A stretch of 64,000 nucleotides of DNA from Mobula hypostoma (Eukaryota): NCBI RefSeq assembly GCF_963921235.1, contig NC_086097.1, forward strand, positions 235,664,001 through 235,728,000, written 5' to 3'. The stretch's first letter is position 1, and each line of letters begins with the position of its first letter. Below, piece by piece: positions 45,848-58,600 of the stretch. Under the pieces are notes generated by a model, which did not search any database, was not told where the DNA came from, and saw nothing but the letters and a program-made list of their open reading frames with translations. Position numbers and translations under genes: made by a program.

Positions 45848-48310
45848 AAATAGAATATAGAACAGTACAGTACAATACAGGCCCTTTGGCCCACAGTGTT
45901 GTGCTGACCTTTAAACCCTGCCTCCCATATAACCCCCCCACCTTAAATTCCTCCATATACCTGTCTAGTACTCTCTCAAATTTCACTTGTGTATCTGCCT
46001 CCACCACTGACTCAGGCAGTGCATTCCACGCACCAACCACTCTGAGTAAAAAACCTTCCTCTAATATCCCCCTTGAACTTCCCATCCCTTACCTTAAAGC
46101 CATGTCCTCTTGTATTGAGCAGTGATGCCCTGGGGAAAAGGCACAGGCTATCCACTATCTATTCCTCTTATTATCTTGTACACCTCTATCATGTCTCCTC
46201 TCATTCTCCTTCTCTCCAGAGAGTAAAGCCCCAGCTCCCTTAATCTCTGATCATAATGCATACTCTCTAAACCAGGCAGCATCCTGGTAAATCTCCTCTG
46301 TACCCTTTCCAATGCTTCCACATCCTTCCTAAGGTGAGGTGACCAGAACTGGACACAGTACTCCAAGTGTGGCCTAACCAGAGTTTTATAGAGCTGCATC
46401 ATTACCTCGTGACTCTTAAACTCTATCCCTTGATTAATGAAAGCTAACACTCCATAAGCTTTCTTAACTACCCTATCTACCTGTGAGGCAACTTTCAGGG
46501 ACCTGTGGGCATGTACCCCCAGATCCCTCTGCTCCTCCACACTACCAAGTATCCTGCCATTTACTTTGTACTCTGCCTTGGAGTTTGTCCTTCTGAAGTG
46601 TACCACCCCACACTTCTCCGGGTTGAACTCCACCTGCCACTTCTCAGCCCACTTCTTCATTTTATCAATTGTCTCTGCAATCTGCGACAATCCTCAACAC
46701 CACTAACTTTTATATCGTCTGCAAACTTGCCAACCCACCCTTCTACCCCCACATCCAGGTCGTTAATAAAAATCGCGAAAAGTAGAGGTCCCAGAATCGA
46801 CCCTTATGGGACACCACTAGTCACAACCCTCCAATCCGAATGTACTCCCTCCACCACAACTCTGCTTTCTGCTGGCAAGCCAATTCTGAATTCACCTGGC
46901 CAAACCTTCCTGGATCCCATGCCTTCTGACTTCCTGAATAAGTCTACCATGTGCAACCTTGTCAAAATAAATGCTGGCATTTATAGCGAGAGGATTCGAG
47001 TACAGGAGCAGGGAGGTACTACTGCAGTTGTGCAAGGCCTTGGTGAGACCACACCTGGAGTATTGTGTGCAGTTTTGGTCCCCTAATCTGAGGAAAGACA
47101 TCTTTGCCATAGAGGGAGTACAAAGAAGGTTCACCAGATTGATTCCTGGGATGGCAGGACTTTCATATGAAGAAAGACTGGATGAACTGGGCTTGTACTT
47201 GTTGGAATTTAGAAGATTGAGGGGGGATCTGATTGAAACGTATAAGATCCTAAAGGGATTGGACAGGCTAGATGCAGGAAGATTGTTCCCGATGTTGGGG
47301 AAGTCCAGAACGAGGGGTCACAGTTTGAGGATAGAGGGGAAGCCTTTTAGGACCGAGATTAGGAAAAACTTCTTCACACAGAGAGTGGTGAATCTGTGGA
47401 ATTCTCTGCCACAGGAAACTGTTGAGGCCAGTTCATTGGCTATGTTTAAGAGGGAGTTAGATATGGCCCTTGTGGCTACAGGGGTCAGGGGGTATGGAGG
47501 GAAGGCTGGGGCGGGGTTCTGAGTTGGATGATCAGCTATGATCATAATAAATGGCGGTGCAGGCTCGAAGGGCCGAATGGCCTACTCCTGCACCTATTTT
47601 CTACGTTTCTATGTTTCTAAATGCCTTACTAAAATCCATGTAGATCACATCCACTGCACTACCCTCATCTATATGCCTGGTCACCTCCTCAAAGAACTCT
47701 AGTCAGGCTTGTTAGACAGGATCTGCCCTTAACAAAGCCATGCGACTATCCCTGATCAGACCGTGTTTCTCCAAATGCCCATAGATCCTAGCCAGAGGCT
47801 CAGCAATCTCTTCCCTCGCCTCGTGGAGCAGCCTGGGGAATATTCCGTCAGGCCCCGGGGACTTATCCATCCTAACATATTCTAACAACTCCAACACCTC
47901 CTCTCCCTTAATATCAACATGTTCCAGAACATCAACTTCACTCATTGTCCTCACCATCATCAAGTTCCCTCTCATTGGTGAATACCGAAGAGAAGTATTC
48001 ATTGAGGACCTCGCTCACTTCCACCGCCTCCAGGCACATCTTCCCACCTTTATCTCTAATTGGTTGTATCTTCACTCCTGTCATCCTTTTGTTCTTCACA
48101 TAATTGAAGAATGCCTTGGGGTTTTCCTTTACCCTACTCGCTAAGGCCTTCTCATACCCCATTCTTGCTCTTCTCAGCCCCTTCTTAAGCTCCTTTCTTG
48201 CTTCCCTATATTCCTCAATAGATCCATCCGATCCTTGCTTCGTAAACCTCATGTATGCTGCCTTCTTCCACCTGACTAGATTCTCCACCTCACTTGTCAC
48301 CCATGGTTCC
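45848..48310 (-). mobile_element. CR1 LINE (tether, RT, 3'UTR) interrupted by a younger CR1
   Basis: ORFs 47938-48300, 47712-48002, 46148-46690 and 45771-46085 on the minus strand; (TATTCTA)-like tail. Confidence 0.95.
46968..47618 (+). mobile_element. Young CR1 3' fragment nested antisense in an older CR1
   Basis: ORF 46971-47522 is near-identical to the end of ORF 16443-17426; it splits the host DFSKAF|DKV motif. Confidence 0.95.
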
Positions 48311-48396
48311 TTAAATAATCAGCGTGTCAGGCAAAACCTGTGGAAATAGAAGCATAGTTAACCTTTAAGGTCTGGAATCCTTAAGAACTGGATCCA

Positions 48397-51300
48397 ACTA
48401 GGCGGAATAACTTGAATGATAGCAATTTGGTCGAGACATAAATAGGAGAAAATTCTCTATGATTATTCAAACTGCTGAGGGCCCTCTAACACAGGGTGAA
48501 GATAGAGGTTATCCCTCTGAACTGAGGCGGGTCAGTGCTCAGGCCTCACTGTGGGAAGTCGGGAAAAATTTTCAAATGTTACACGTTCAAAAATGTCTAG
48601 GGTATGGTTATATGTCTTGGTTTACTGTTGAGAAGGGATTGCTTACTGTTTGGTTAGAAAAGGAGAGTGCTTTTTTTTCCTACTAGAGAAAAATGCAAAC
48701 TGAATTGGTAAAAATAATTTCCTATAATGTTAATGGGGTTTTGAATCCAATTAAAAGAAATAAGATTATGTCTAAATTGAAAAAAGAGGGGGCACAAATA
48801 GCTTTCCTCCAGGAAACACATATGAGCCAATCTGAACATGGAAAATTAAAAAGAATGGGCTTTAAGCATGTATTTTATTCATCATATAAATTGAGTCACA
48901 AAAGAGGGGTAGCTACTTTAATATCAAGTACACTTAATTATGAACATATTTCAGAGACTAAAGACAAAGACGGACGGTTTGTAAAAATCACAGGATGAAT
49001 AGAAGGTACAGAAATAACATTGCTGAATGTTTATGCTCCTCCAGGTTGTGAATGGTCATTTTATCGACACATTTTTGACCTAATGGTCAGTTCTCAAGGG
49101 GTAGTAATTTGTGGAGGGGATTTTAATATTAGATTAAATCCTGTATTAGATTCTTCAAGAATAGTTACTCAGAATAAACCTCTGACTCGGAAAATGAATT
49201 CATTGATGGAGGAGTTGGGAATTATAGATGTCTGGAGGGAATTACACCCTACTAGTAAAGATTATACATATTACTCTTTCCCTCATTCAGCCTATTCAAG
49301 GATAGACTATTTCTTTATCTTTAATACAGATAGACTCAGGATAAAAACCTGTAATATTGCAACAATTGATCTGTCGGATCATAGCCCAGTCTCTATGTCT
49401 CTAATCCTGGAAAGGAAAATGAGGAAAACACTATGGAGGCTAAACTCACATATACTCAATAACCCGAAAGCAATGGAGAGATTAAGGGGAGAAATCAAAG
49501 AATATCTAGACTTTAATGTCACGGGAGAAACATCACCAGTGATCTTATGGGATACATTGAAAGCTGTACTGAGAGGGAAAATTATTTCCATTACCACTTA
49601 CATGAAAAAAGTCAATGCACAAAAACTAGCAGACCTTCAAGGAAAATTAAAACAACTTCAAGTTGTAGATAGCAACAAAAGTAATTCAAATCGAAAACAG
49701 GAAATTAGGAAATTGCAAAGTGAAATTGACGGTATTTATACATTGGAAACTCAAAGAAATTTTCTTTATCTGAGACAAAAGAATTATGAAGTAGGAGGTA
49801 AATCAGCTAGATTATTAGCATATAAATTACGAAAACAACAAGCAGACAATACAATTCATAAAATAAAGAATCCAAAGACAAAGCTTGTGGAGAGTACAAT
49901 AGGGAATATTCAAGAGAGTTTTGAAACATATTATCGAGAGCTGTACTCTCAACCCCGGGCCCCCAATGAGCCCTATATAGACAGTGTATTGAATTTTTTA
50001 GATCTACCTAAACTTACAGATTTACAAAATGAAAGTTTATTAGAACCAGTAACTGTCAAAGAACTGAACGTGGCCATCTCTAGGTTAAAGGCTGGAAAGT
50101 CCCCAGGGTCTGATGGGTTTACATCAGAGTGGTACAAGTCCCTGAAGACACAGTTAGCCCCATTACTACTTAACACCTTTAATTGGATCTTGCAGAGAGG
50201 AGAAACTCCACCTTCCTGGAGAGAAGCGATTATTTCAGTTATTCCTAAAGAGGGTAAAGATAAACTAGAATGTGGCAATTATCGGCCAATTAGTGTTCTT
50301 AATTTAGATTACAAACTAGTTACATCTATATTAGCGCGCAGATTGGAAAAGCTTTTACCTGGCCTAATCCATTTGGACCAGACTGGATTTATTCAACAAA
50401 CACAAACACAGGACAACATAAGGAGAACTCTGCACATATTAGAACATGTTAATAAGAACGAGACAGAGACAATGGTAGTAGGATTGGACGCTGAGAAAGC
50501 TTTTGATTCGGTTAATTGGGCATTCCTATACAGAGTGTAAGGAAGATTCGGCTTTCAAGAAAAGTTTATTAAAGTAATTCAGACTCTACATGACAGCCCT
50601 ACAGCCAGAATTAAAATAAATGGGGACCTCTCTGACTCCTTCATTTTAGAGAGAGGCACTAGACAGGGATGCCCAATTTCTCCTCTCCTTTTTGCGCTAT
50701 ATATTGAACCGCTTGCCCAACTAATAAGACATCACGAAATCGTAAAAGGTATCAAGGTGGCAGGGATTGAACAAAAAGTGGCGTTATTCGCAGATGATGT
50801 TTTGGTCTATCTGAGTGAACCAGAAAAATCATCTATAGGATTGTTTACACTGTTGGATGACTTTGGGAAAATATCAGGTTATAAAATAAATGTAAAGAAA
50901 ACGCAAGTTATGTCCCTAAATTATACACCATCCAAAAAATTGCAGGATACATACGATCTTAAGTGGGAAGCTAAATCATTAAAATATTTAGGAATACCCC
51001 TGCCGAAGTATCTTTCAACACTGTCACAGGTAAATTATGGGCCATTAATCTCAGAGATAAAAGCAGATATGTATAGATGGTATCTTATCCCCTTTTTAAG
51101 TTTAAATTCAAGGATAAATACTATAAAAATGAATATTCTTCCTCGGTTATTGTATCTTTTCCATACTTTACCGATGGAGGTGGATGATAATCAACTCAGG
51201 GAATGGGACAAATGGATTTCCCGCTTCATTTGGCAAGGAAAGAAACCTAGAATTCGATATAACACCTTACAGTTGGGGAAGGAAGGAGGAGGTATGGTTC

Positions 51301-53017
51301 TTCCTTGCCTGAGAAATTATTTTTATGCCTCACAGATAACCCCTGTGTTATATTGGTGTAATAGGGAATATAAGGCTAGATGGAAGGAAATAGAATTTGG
51401 ATTAGTTGACAGTTTTCCCCTACAGGCCTCAATAGCTGACAAAGGATTGATGGCCCAGTTGAAAAAATTTAAAAACAGTTGGATAAATCTTACATTAAAA
51501 GTATGGCAGAAGGTGGTTAATTCATGTGAAATTAATAACATGTTAAAACTCTTTAGATGGTGTGCATATGATACCGAATTCCTTCCCAACAGAGGAGATA
51601 AAAGATTTGAGCTATGGATAAAGAAAGGTCTTACAACCTACCTCTCATTTATAGATAAAAGAGTATTATAAAGTTTCCAAATCCTGCAGGACAAACATGG
51701 CCTAAAACATAATGACTTTTTTTTAGGTACCTTCAAGTACGAAACTATGTTAACCAGAGTTGTAGATATACAGACCTATCAGCAGTAGAATTAGAATTTT
51801 TCAAGATTCTGAATTCGGCTTGCAGTTCAATACCTAGTAAATCAGTTTCTCGATTATATAATGCACTCTCCCATGCTAAAAATGTAAATACACTGTATAT
51901 TAAAGAGAAATGGGAGAAAGAAGCGGGGTTGGTACTTTCAGAGGAGGCTTGGGGGAAAATCTGCAGCTTTCAATGGTCCTCGACTAATTCTTTAACTTGG
52001 AGAGAACATTGTTGGAAAAACATAAGATACTTCAAGACCCCATATCAGGTAAAATATAAAGATACAAACGTGACGTGTTGGAGAAGGTGCAGCTCCAAGG
52101 AGGCAAATCATTTTCACATTTTCTGGGATTGCCCTAAATTAAGTCTATATTGGGAAGGTATTCATAGAACATTAGTTAAGGTACTTAGGTCCCAGATACC
52201 TCTGAACTTTGAGACGCTCTATTTGGGGCATGTATTGTTTCTTGAACAGAAGGAAGATATAAAGTTGCTGCAGGCCCTCTTAGCAGCAAGAAATCAATCA
52301 CTAGAAAGTGGCTAAATCCAATACCACCTACATTAGAAGATTGGCACGAAATTATCTTGGAAATATTTAAAATGGAAAAGTTGACTTACTCCCTGAGAAT
52401 TCAAAAAGAAAAATTTTATCAAATCTGGAATAAATGGATTGAATATATAACCCCAATGCGAGCAAACTTTAGATGACTCTCCTAATGATTTATACTGCTC
52501 TTCTCATCAACACAGTAATATTGCTAACGTAAGCACCCCTAGTCTAAATGTCTTTTTTTTGTTTTCTTTTGGAAAATAGAGAATTAACACAAGGGAAAGA
52601 TTTGGGAAAGGGATAAAAAATGAAAAAATTAAGTAAGTAATTAAGTACATAGGGATTGGATAATTATGTCTGTGGGCAGGAGCAAGCATGAACAAATTAG
52701 GATATAAACACCTACAATGGTTGTTACATAGGCTTATATACAACATTTTGGACCAGCGGAAATGGTCCAGAAGAGTTGTATGGAAACTATTATTACCATT
52801 TTTCTTAACAACTAATACCATTACTTAGCCTAATAGATTAGAATTACCACAGTACATAATTATCTAAGTGTCTAATTTCCTTTTATATCATCTCAATGTG
52901 TACTTAAGAATGTATAAATAATTATAGTTTTATACATATAAAAAAATGGAAAAGGTTATATGTGTGAAAAAAGTACATGATATTTGTGAATTCCTTATCC
53001 AAATAAAAATTTTTAAA
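48397..53017 (+). mobile_element. L1-clade LINE, 5'-truncated (no ORF1)
   Basis: 14-bp TSD AAGAACTGGATCCA (48383-48396 and 53018-53031) at a TT/AAGAA site; AATAAA at ~53002 with an A-rich end; ORF2 domains present. Confidence 0.95.
48693..52476 (+). pseudogene. L1 ORF2 (APE endonuclease, reverse transcriptase, Cys-rich domain), disrupted
   Basis: ISYNVNG, FLQETH, VYAP, GGDFN, SRIDYF, SDH (APE); [32 protein letters not shown] (RT); CWRRC...HIFWDC. In-frame stops at 48996-48998, 50538-50540 and 51669-51671, then frameshifts near 51720 and 52290. Confidence 0.93.
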
Positions 53018-53418
53018 AAGAACTGGATCCATTTATCTAATCAACTATTTAACATAGCATAAGGCATGTCCTGAGACTACTTGTGTATCTCCATCAAAGG
53101 TAACAGGCTGAATTTTATGGTGTGGGTATTTCCACTCGTGGTATAATAAAGCCATGCTGCATCTCTGTTCATTCCCACTATCTGATAAATAATCTGTGCT
53201 TTTCTCTTTAAAACCTACTACTTTGTACCAGATCTGTTTGTAATGTAATTGCCTACCATATCTCATGCTCCCTTTCTGAATTAACTTCAGTGTTAAACAG
53301 ACTCCGTCTTTGCATTTCACAGTAAGACCCATGAAAGGGTAGCTTCTGTTGCACTTCCCTGGTTACCTGTTAGGGCTTGGTTTACGTGCCTTTGACAAAT
53401 GTGACTGTGTCCCTAAAG

Positions 53419-53499
53419 CAGGGATTCCCAACCTAGGGTCCACTGACTCCTTACCTAATGTTATTGGGTCCAAGGCATAAAAAAGATTGTGAATTTCTG
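53419..53499. mobile_element. 81-bp hAT (Charlie-like) MITE
   Basis: Termini CAGGGATTCCCAACCT and AGATTGTGAATTTCTG (12/16); 8-bp TSD CCCTAAAG/TCCTAAAG. Confidence 0.7.
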
Positions 53500-54198
53500 T
53501 CCTAAAGGGACAAAGCTGCAGTGAGTTACTGCCACCGTATCTATACAAGTCATACCACCTGCACTCCTATGCAGTTGCCCTTAGTTCAGGAAGGGAACTT
53601 CTGCTGTTGCCCTCTGATTATAAGTTTGTGGTTGGTGAAGGATAAAATTCTTTAGCATTTTTGTTGCCATATGCATTGAGATTAAACACATCACACTGCA
53701 AACTTAACAATTTGGACTGAATCCATTTAAGCAATAAACTATTCCACAGGATACGGTTTAATGGTTCACTGAAGTTGCAACGTTTGGATGATTCTCGGAA
53801 CACAACAATCACTTACTATTTCTCCCATTTGTTGATTTGCAGATTTGCCCCTGGCTGTAATTCTGAACAGCTTTGCATTGAAATAGTTCTCCATTTCCTC
53901 CACCATTTTGAATGCAACATCATTTACTTTCTTCTGGGACTAGCAGATTGTTAAGCAACAATAGTTGTCAGAGCCAAAGTCTATCAATAGAATAGCCTTC
54001 CCGTGCTTTCTTATAGGGGTCATTTGTGACTGTCCATAGAGTCATAGAACACTACAGCACACAAACATTCCATTTGACCTACTAGTCTGTGCCGAACTAT
54101 TAATCTGCCTACTCCCATCGACCTGCACCCAGAACGTACTGCTCTCATTCATGTACCTATCCAAATTTCTCTTAGATGTTGAAAGCAAATTCATATCC

Positions 54199-55737
54199 GG
54201 GTTCTCCAGCCCTGTGCAAGCGAGCTAGCTGGAGTATTTGCTGACATCTTCAACTGCTCCTTGCTTCAGTCTAAGATCCCCTCGTGTTCTAAGAAGGCAA
54301 CGATAATCCCAGCGCTGAAGAAGAACAAGGTGGCATGCCTGAATGACTATCGAACTGTGGCTCTGACATCAATTGTTATGAAGTGCTTCAAGAGATTGGT
54401 TATGGCACACATTAACCACAGCCTACCAGTCAACCTCGACGCTTTGCAATTTGCCTACCTGAGCAAAAGGTCAACGGCAGATGCCATCTCTGTGGCCCTA
54501 CATTCCTCCTTAGAACACCTGGAGAATAAAGATGCATACATAAGGCTCCTTTTCATTGACTGCAGCTCTGCCTTTAATACCATCATTCCAAATAAATTGA
54601 TTTCTAAGCTCCGGAACCTGGGCCTTAGCACTCAGATCTGCAGCTGGATCTTCAACTTCCTCACAGACAGGACCCAGGCTGTGAAAATAGGGGACAAGCT
54701 CTCCTCTACAATCACTCTGAGCACCGGTGCCCCACAAGGCTGTGTACTCAGCCCCCTGCTGTACTCACTGTACACCCATGATTGTGTAGCCAAGTTTCCA
54801 TCAGACTCAATATACAACTGTAGGCCATATCTCATAATGATGAGTTTGAGTACAGAGGAAATTAAGAACCTGGTGGTATGGTGTGAAGACAATAACCTAT
54901 CCCTCAACGTCAGCAAGACGAAGGAATTGGTTGTTGACTTCAGAAGGAGTAGCGGACCGCACGACCCAATTTACATCGGTGGTACATGGTGAAACAGGTC
55001 AAGTGAAACAGGTCAAAAGCTTTAAGTTCCTCGGGGTCAATATGACCTGACTTGGTCCAAACAAGCAGAGTTCACTGCCGAGAAGGCCCAACAGCGCCTT
55101 TACATCCTGAGAAAACTAAAGAAATTTGGCCTGTCCTCTAAAACCCTAATTTTTATAGATGCACCATAGAAAGCATTCTTCTAGGGTGCATCACAACTTG
55201 GTATAGAAGTTGTCCTGTCCAACACTGATAGAAGCTGCAGAAGATCATGAACACTGCGCAGCACATCACACAAACCAATCTGCTGTCCTTGGACTCACTT
55301 TACACCGCACGCTGTCGGAGCAGTGCTGCCAGGATAATCAAGGACACGACCCACCCAGCCTACACACTTTGTCCCTCTTCCCTCCAGGAGAAGGATCAGG
55401 AGCTTGAAGACTTGTATGGCCAGATTTGGGAACAGCTTCTTTCCAACTGTGATAAGACTGCTGAACAGATCCTGACCCGGATCTGGGCCATACCCTCCAA
55501 ATATCCAGACCTACCTCTCAGTTTTTTTTGCACTATCTTACTTTCCATTTTTCTCTTTTCTATTTATGATTTATAATTTAAAATTTTAATATATACTAAG
55601 TTTTACTATTTTTAATATGCTTAATATTTGATATGTGTAATCCAGGGATCAGGAAGCACAGTATCAAATATCGCTGTGATGATTGTACATTCTAGTATCA
55701 ATTGTTTGGTGACAATAAAGTATGAAGTATAAAGTAT
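54199..55737 (+). mobile_element. Rex1/Babar-like LINE RT to 3' end, inserted in a minus-strand CR1 3' fragment (~54035-55880)
   Basis: [66 protein letters not shown] (the following FADD segment is deleted); (AAAGTAT)n tail; ATATCC direct repeat at both junctions. Confidence 0.93.
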
Positions 55738-56794
55738 ATATCCACTACTTCCATTGACAGCTCATTCCACGCTCCAAGCAAATAAGTTATCCTTCATGTT
55801 CTCCTTAAACATTTTACCTTTCACCCTTAAGCCATGACCTCTAGTCTCACCCAAACTCAGTGGAAGAAGTCTGCTCATATGTTCAATATGATTCATTACT
55901 TTTAGATTACAAGACCATTAGAATATTATTAGTAACAAAGAATGTTTTCATTGTCACTATGGACATCATGAAATTCTCTCATGCTTGAATGTACAACTCT
56001 GCTACTTCAATATCCTGTCAGGACATGGTCAGGTTACCCTCCGAAAAAATGATGTTTCTGTGCTGAAGGCGTCTTTGCCTTCTGCTACATTCTCCTTGTA
56101 CGTTTACTTATTCAGGTCTCAACATCTCCCTGTCACGTCCAAAATCAATGACCCCTGCTGTCACTTTAATGCCATGAGCACAAAAGTTAGTGTTTGTCAA
56201 TTTTCTGCGGATCAATGTAAGCTGTGCAGCAACTGCTTTCTCTTCCTTGATTCAGGCATTCAGAGATCTGTGGTTACTCTATTGATTAACTTAGTGGGTG
56301 ATTTGAAGATTGTCTTCAAAATGCTTTCTTTTTGAGATCAAATAGATGTCAATTGTTTTGTCCATCCAAATTGCCATTTGCAGTTCATTGGGAAGAGGTC
56401 AGTGAGGCATGATTGTAGAATTTGTAAGCAATATCTATGGACACCAGATGCTTCAAAACATGTGCTGACTCTACTCCAGAACAAAAGTAAAGTCGAAGTG
56501 TACAGACGCACCCACACACACAATATTAATGTGCCTGTCTAAATACAAACATAACATATACAGTAGTGACCCAGGTTCGATTCCCACCAATGTCTATGAA
56601 ATATGTAGGTTATCACTGTGACAACGAGGATTTCCTCAAGGTGCTCCGGTTTCTTCCCGCATTCCAAAGATGTATGGCTAGGTTTAGTGAGTTGTGGGTG
56701 TGGTAGGTTGGCACCGGAAACATGGCTACAATTGCCCAGGACTGTGCTGGCAGTTAACACAAAAGTGGAGTATTTCATTGCCTGTTTTGATGTA

Positions 56795-57257
56795 CAGTAC
56801 TATGCAGTGGTTTTGGACACATACAGTATATGTAGCTAAGGTGCCAATGAATTAGCACAGTATTCTATTCATTTTATGTATTACACTGTGCTGCTGCCAC
56901 AAAAAAAAACAAGTTTGATGACGTGATTGATGATAAACGTGGTTCTGATATGGGTCTCTATTATAGAGTGAGCTTGGGAAAGGGGAAGGGAGAGAGAGAC
57001 ATTTTGTAATGATCGATAAACTAATTGTTTGGAATCAAATGATCTTGCCTGGTATCTCAGGGCTGGGTGTATCTGCTCCCTTGCCACCGTCTGCCCTGGC
57101 ACTCCTTCTCTGACACTGTTCCTCACCTCTCCGTGACGCTGTATTCCCAACATACTTTGCTCCCGCCAGATTTTCAAACTCGCTCTCCGCTCTACATTGA
57201 CAGATGCAGTACTGTGTAGAAGTCTATATCTGTACCTAAAACTTCTGCACAGTATTG
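56795..57257 (-). mobile_element. Composite MITE-like element, copy 2
   Basis: Inverted homologue of 20670-21160; TIR-like units at both ends. Confidence 0.7.
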
Positions 57258-57594
57258 TACATGTGGAAAATAAAGCCAATTAAAAAAATATGTACAGAAT
57301 GACTAGCAATGTATGCAGAGTGAGCCATCCAAACAATTTAGCGGTAAGAAATAAAAAAGTAGCTACACATATGCCAGGAACAATTGGGTTGTATTGTGAA
57401 GCTGCTCAGTTTCTTTGTCTCTAGCTAATGACTGAGCCTTCAGCCATGTTATGCAGTTTGAAGGTTTGTCAACTGAGGAAGGAGGCAACAGTCTGTCCTT
57501 TCTATGGACAGACAATCATTCCCATGATATTAGTGGTGACATCAGGAGCTCAACATCAGAATCATAACCTATAACAAAGCCACATGAGTTTCAA

Positions 57595-57728
57595 CCCTGA
57601 AGAAGGGTCTTGGCCCAAATTGCCAGCTGTTTAATTTTTTCCATAGATGCTGCCTGACCTGCTGAGTTCCTCCAGCATTTTAAATGTGTTGCTTTGGATT
57701 TCCAGCAGCTGCAGATTTTTGTGTGTTT
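57595..57728 (+). mobile_element. PLE terminal fragment with decayed hammerhead
   Basis: CCTGAAGAAGGGTCTTGGCCCAAAT...GATGCTGCCTGACCTGCTGAGTTCCTCCAGCATTTT. Confidence 0.75.
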
Positions 57729-58600
57729 GCAAGTTTCAGTCGTCTACTTTGGATATACCTTATGGTCACAGACACATATGATGCTCGATGCTATGCACGT
57801 AGAGATTATACAATGCAATTTTGTCATCTTGTCCTCTGAATTCCAGCAATTAAGGTAATAAATAATTCTTGGAAGAGTTCCTATTTTTTTTTCAGCTCCT
57901 GACACCAAACAGGACACTAATAACTGGAAAGGAGGACTCTTATAATACATGGCACAAAGACATTTGAGATTTATTAAGCAGTTATTTTGATTCCTGGTCC
58001 TGTCTGGTGATGCATCCAATGCAATCTACAGTATTCTCTCACTTTCAGTGTGAGAAAGCTAAAGTAATGAATCACAGATGCCATCAGAGATTTGAAAAAT
58101 CCTGAGGGGATGTGATCATCTATTTCTCCTAAATGAGGGAAGGTATTTATGAATTCTCCTTGGCTTCAGAGATTATCAGAAATCTACAGTACTGTGCAAA
58201 GGTTTTAGGTACATATAAATAGCTAGGGTGCCTAAAAGACCTTTGCACAGTGCTGCATTTGATGAAGTGCAGTTAAGAGCAAGTTTGTAAATCTGGAGGG
58301 ACGAGAGAATGTTGGGAATGGAGAGGATGGAATGCTGTGAGATGGGTGTGGGATAGGTGGCACAGGAGTGCCAGGAGCAGGGGATGGCGCAGGTGCAGAC
58401 ACACCCAGCACTGAGACACCAAACAATTAGTTTATTGATCATTACAGAACATCTCTCTGGTGCTTCTTGCTCCCTCCCCCTTCCCTTCCCTTTGTACCCT
58501 CTCCATGCCCCCTTCTCACCCTTTGTCCACAATAGAAACCCATATCTGAATCAGGTTTATCAGCACTCAGATGTGTCATGAAATTAGCTTTTTTTGTGAC

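Noticed and set aside
53045..53812. Short minus-strand ORFs downstream of the L1
   Set aside because: No homology I recognise, no coherent splice structure, and one ORF spans a hAT MITE.
54989..55016. 14-bp tandem duplication GTGAAACAGGTCAA x2
   Set aside because: An ordinary slippage lesion in a dead Rex1 copy.
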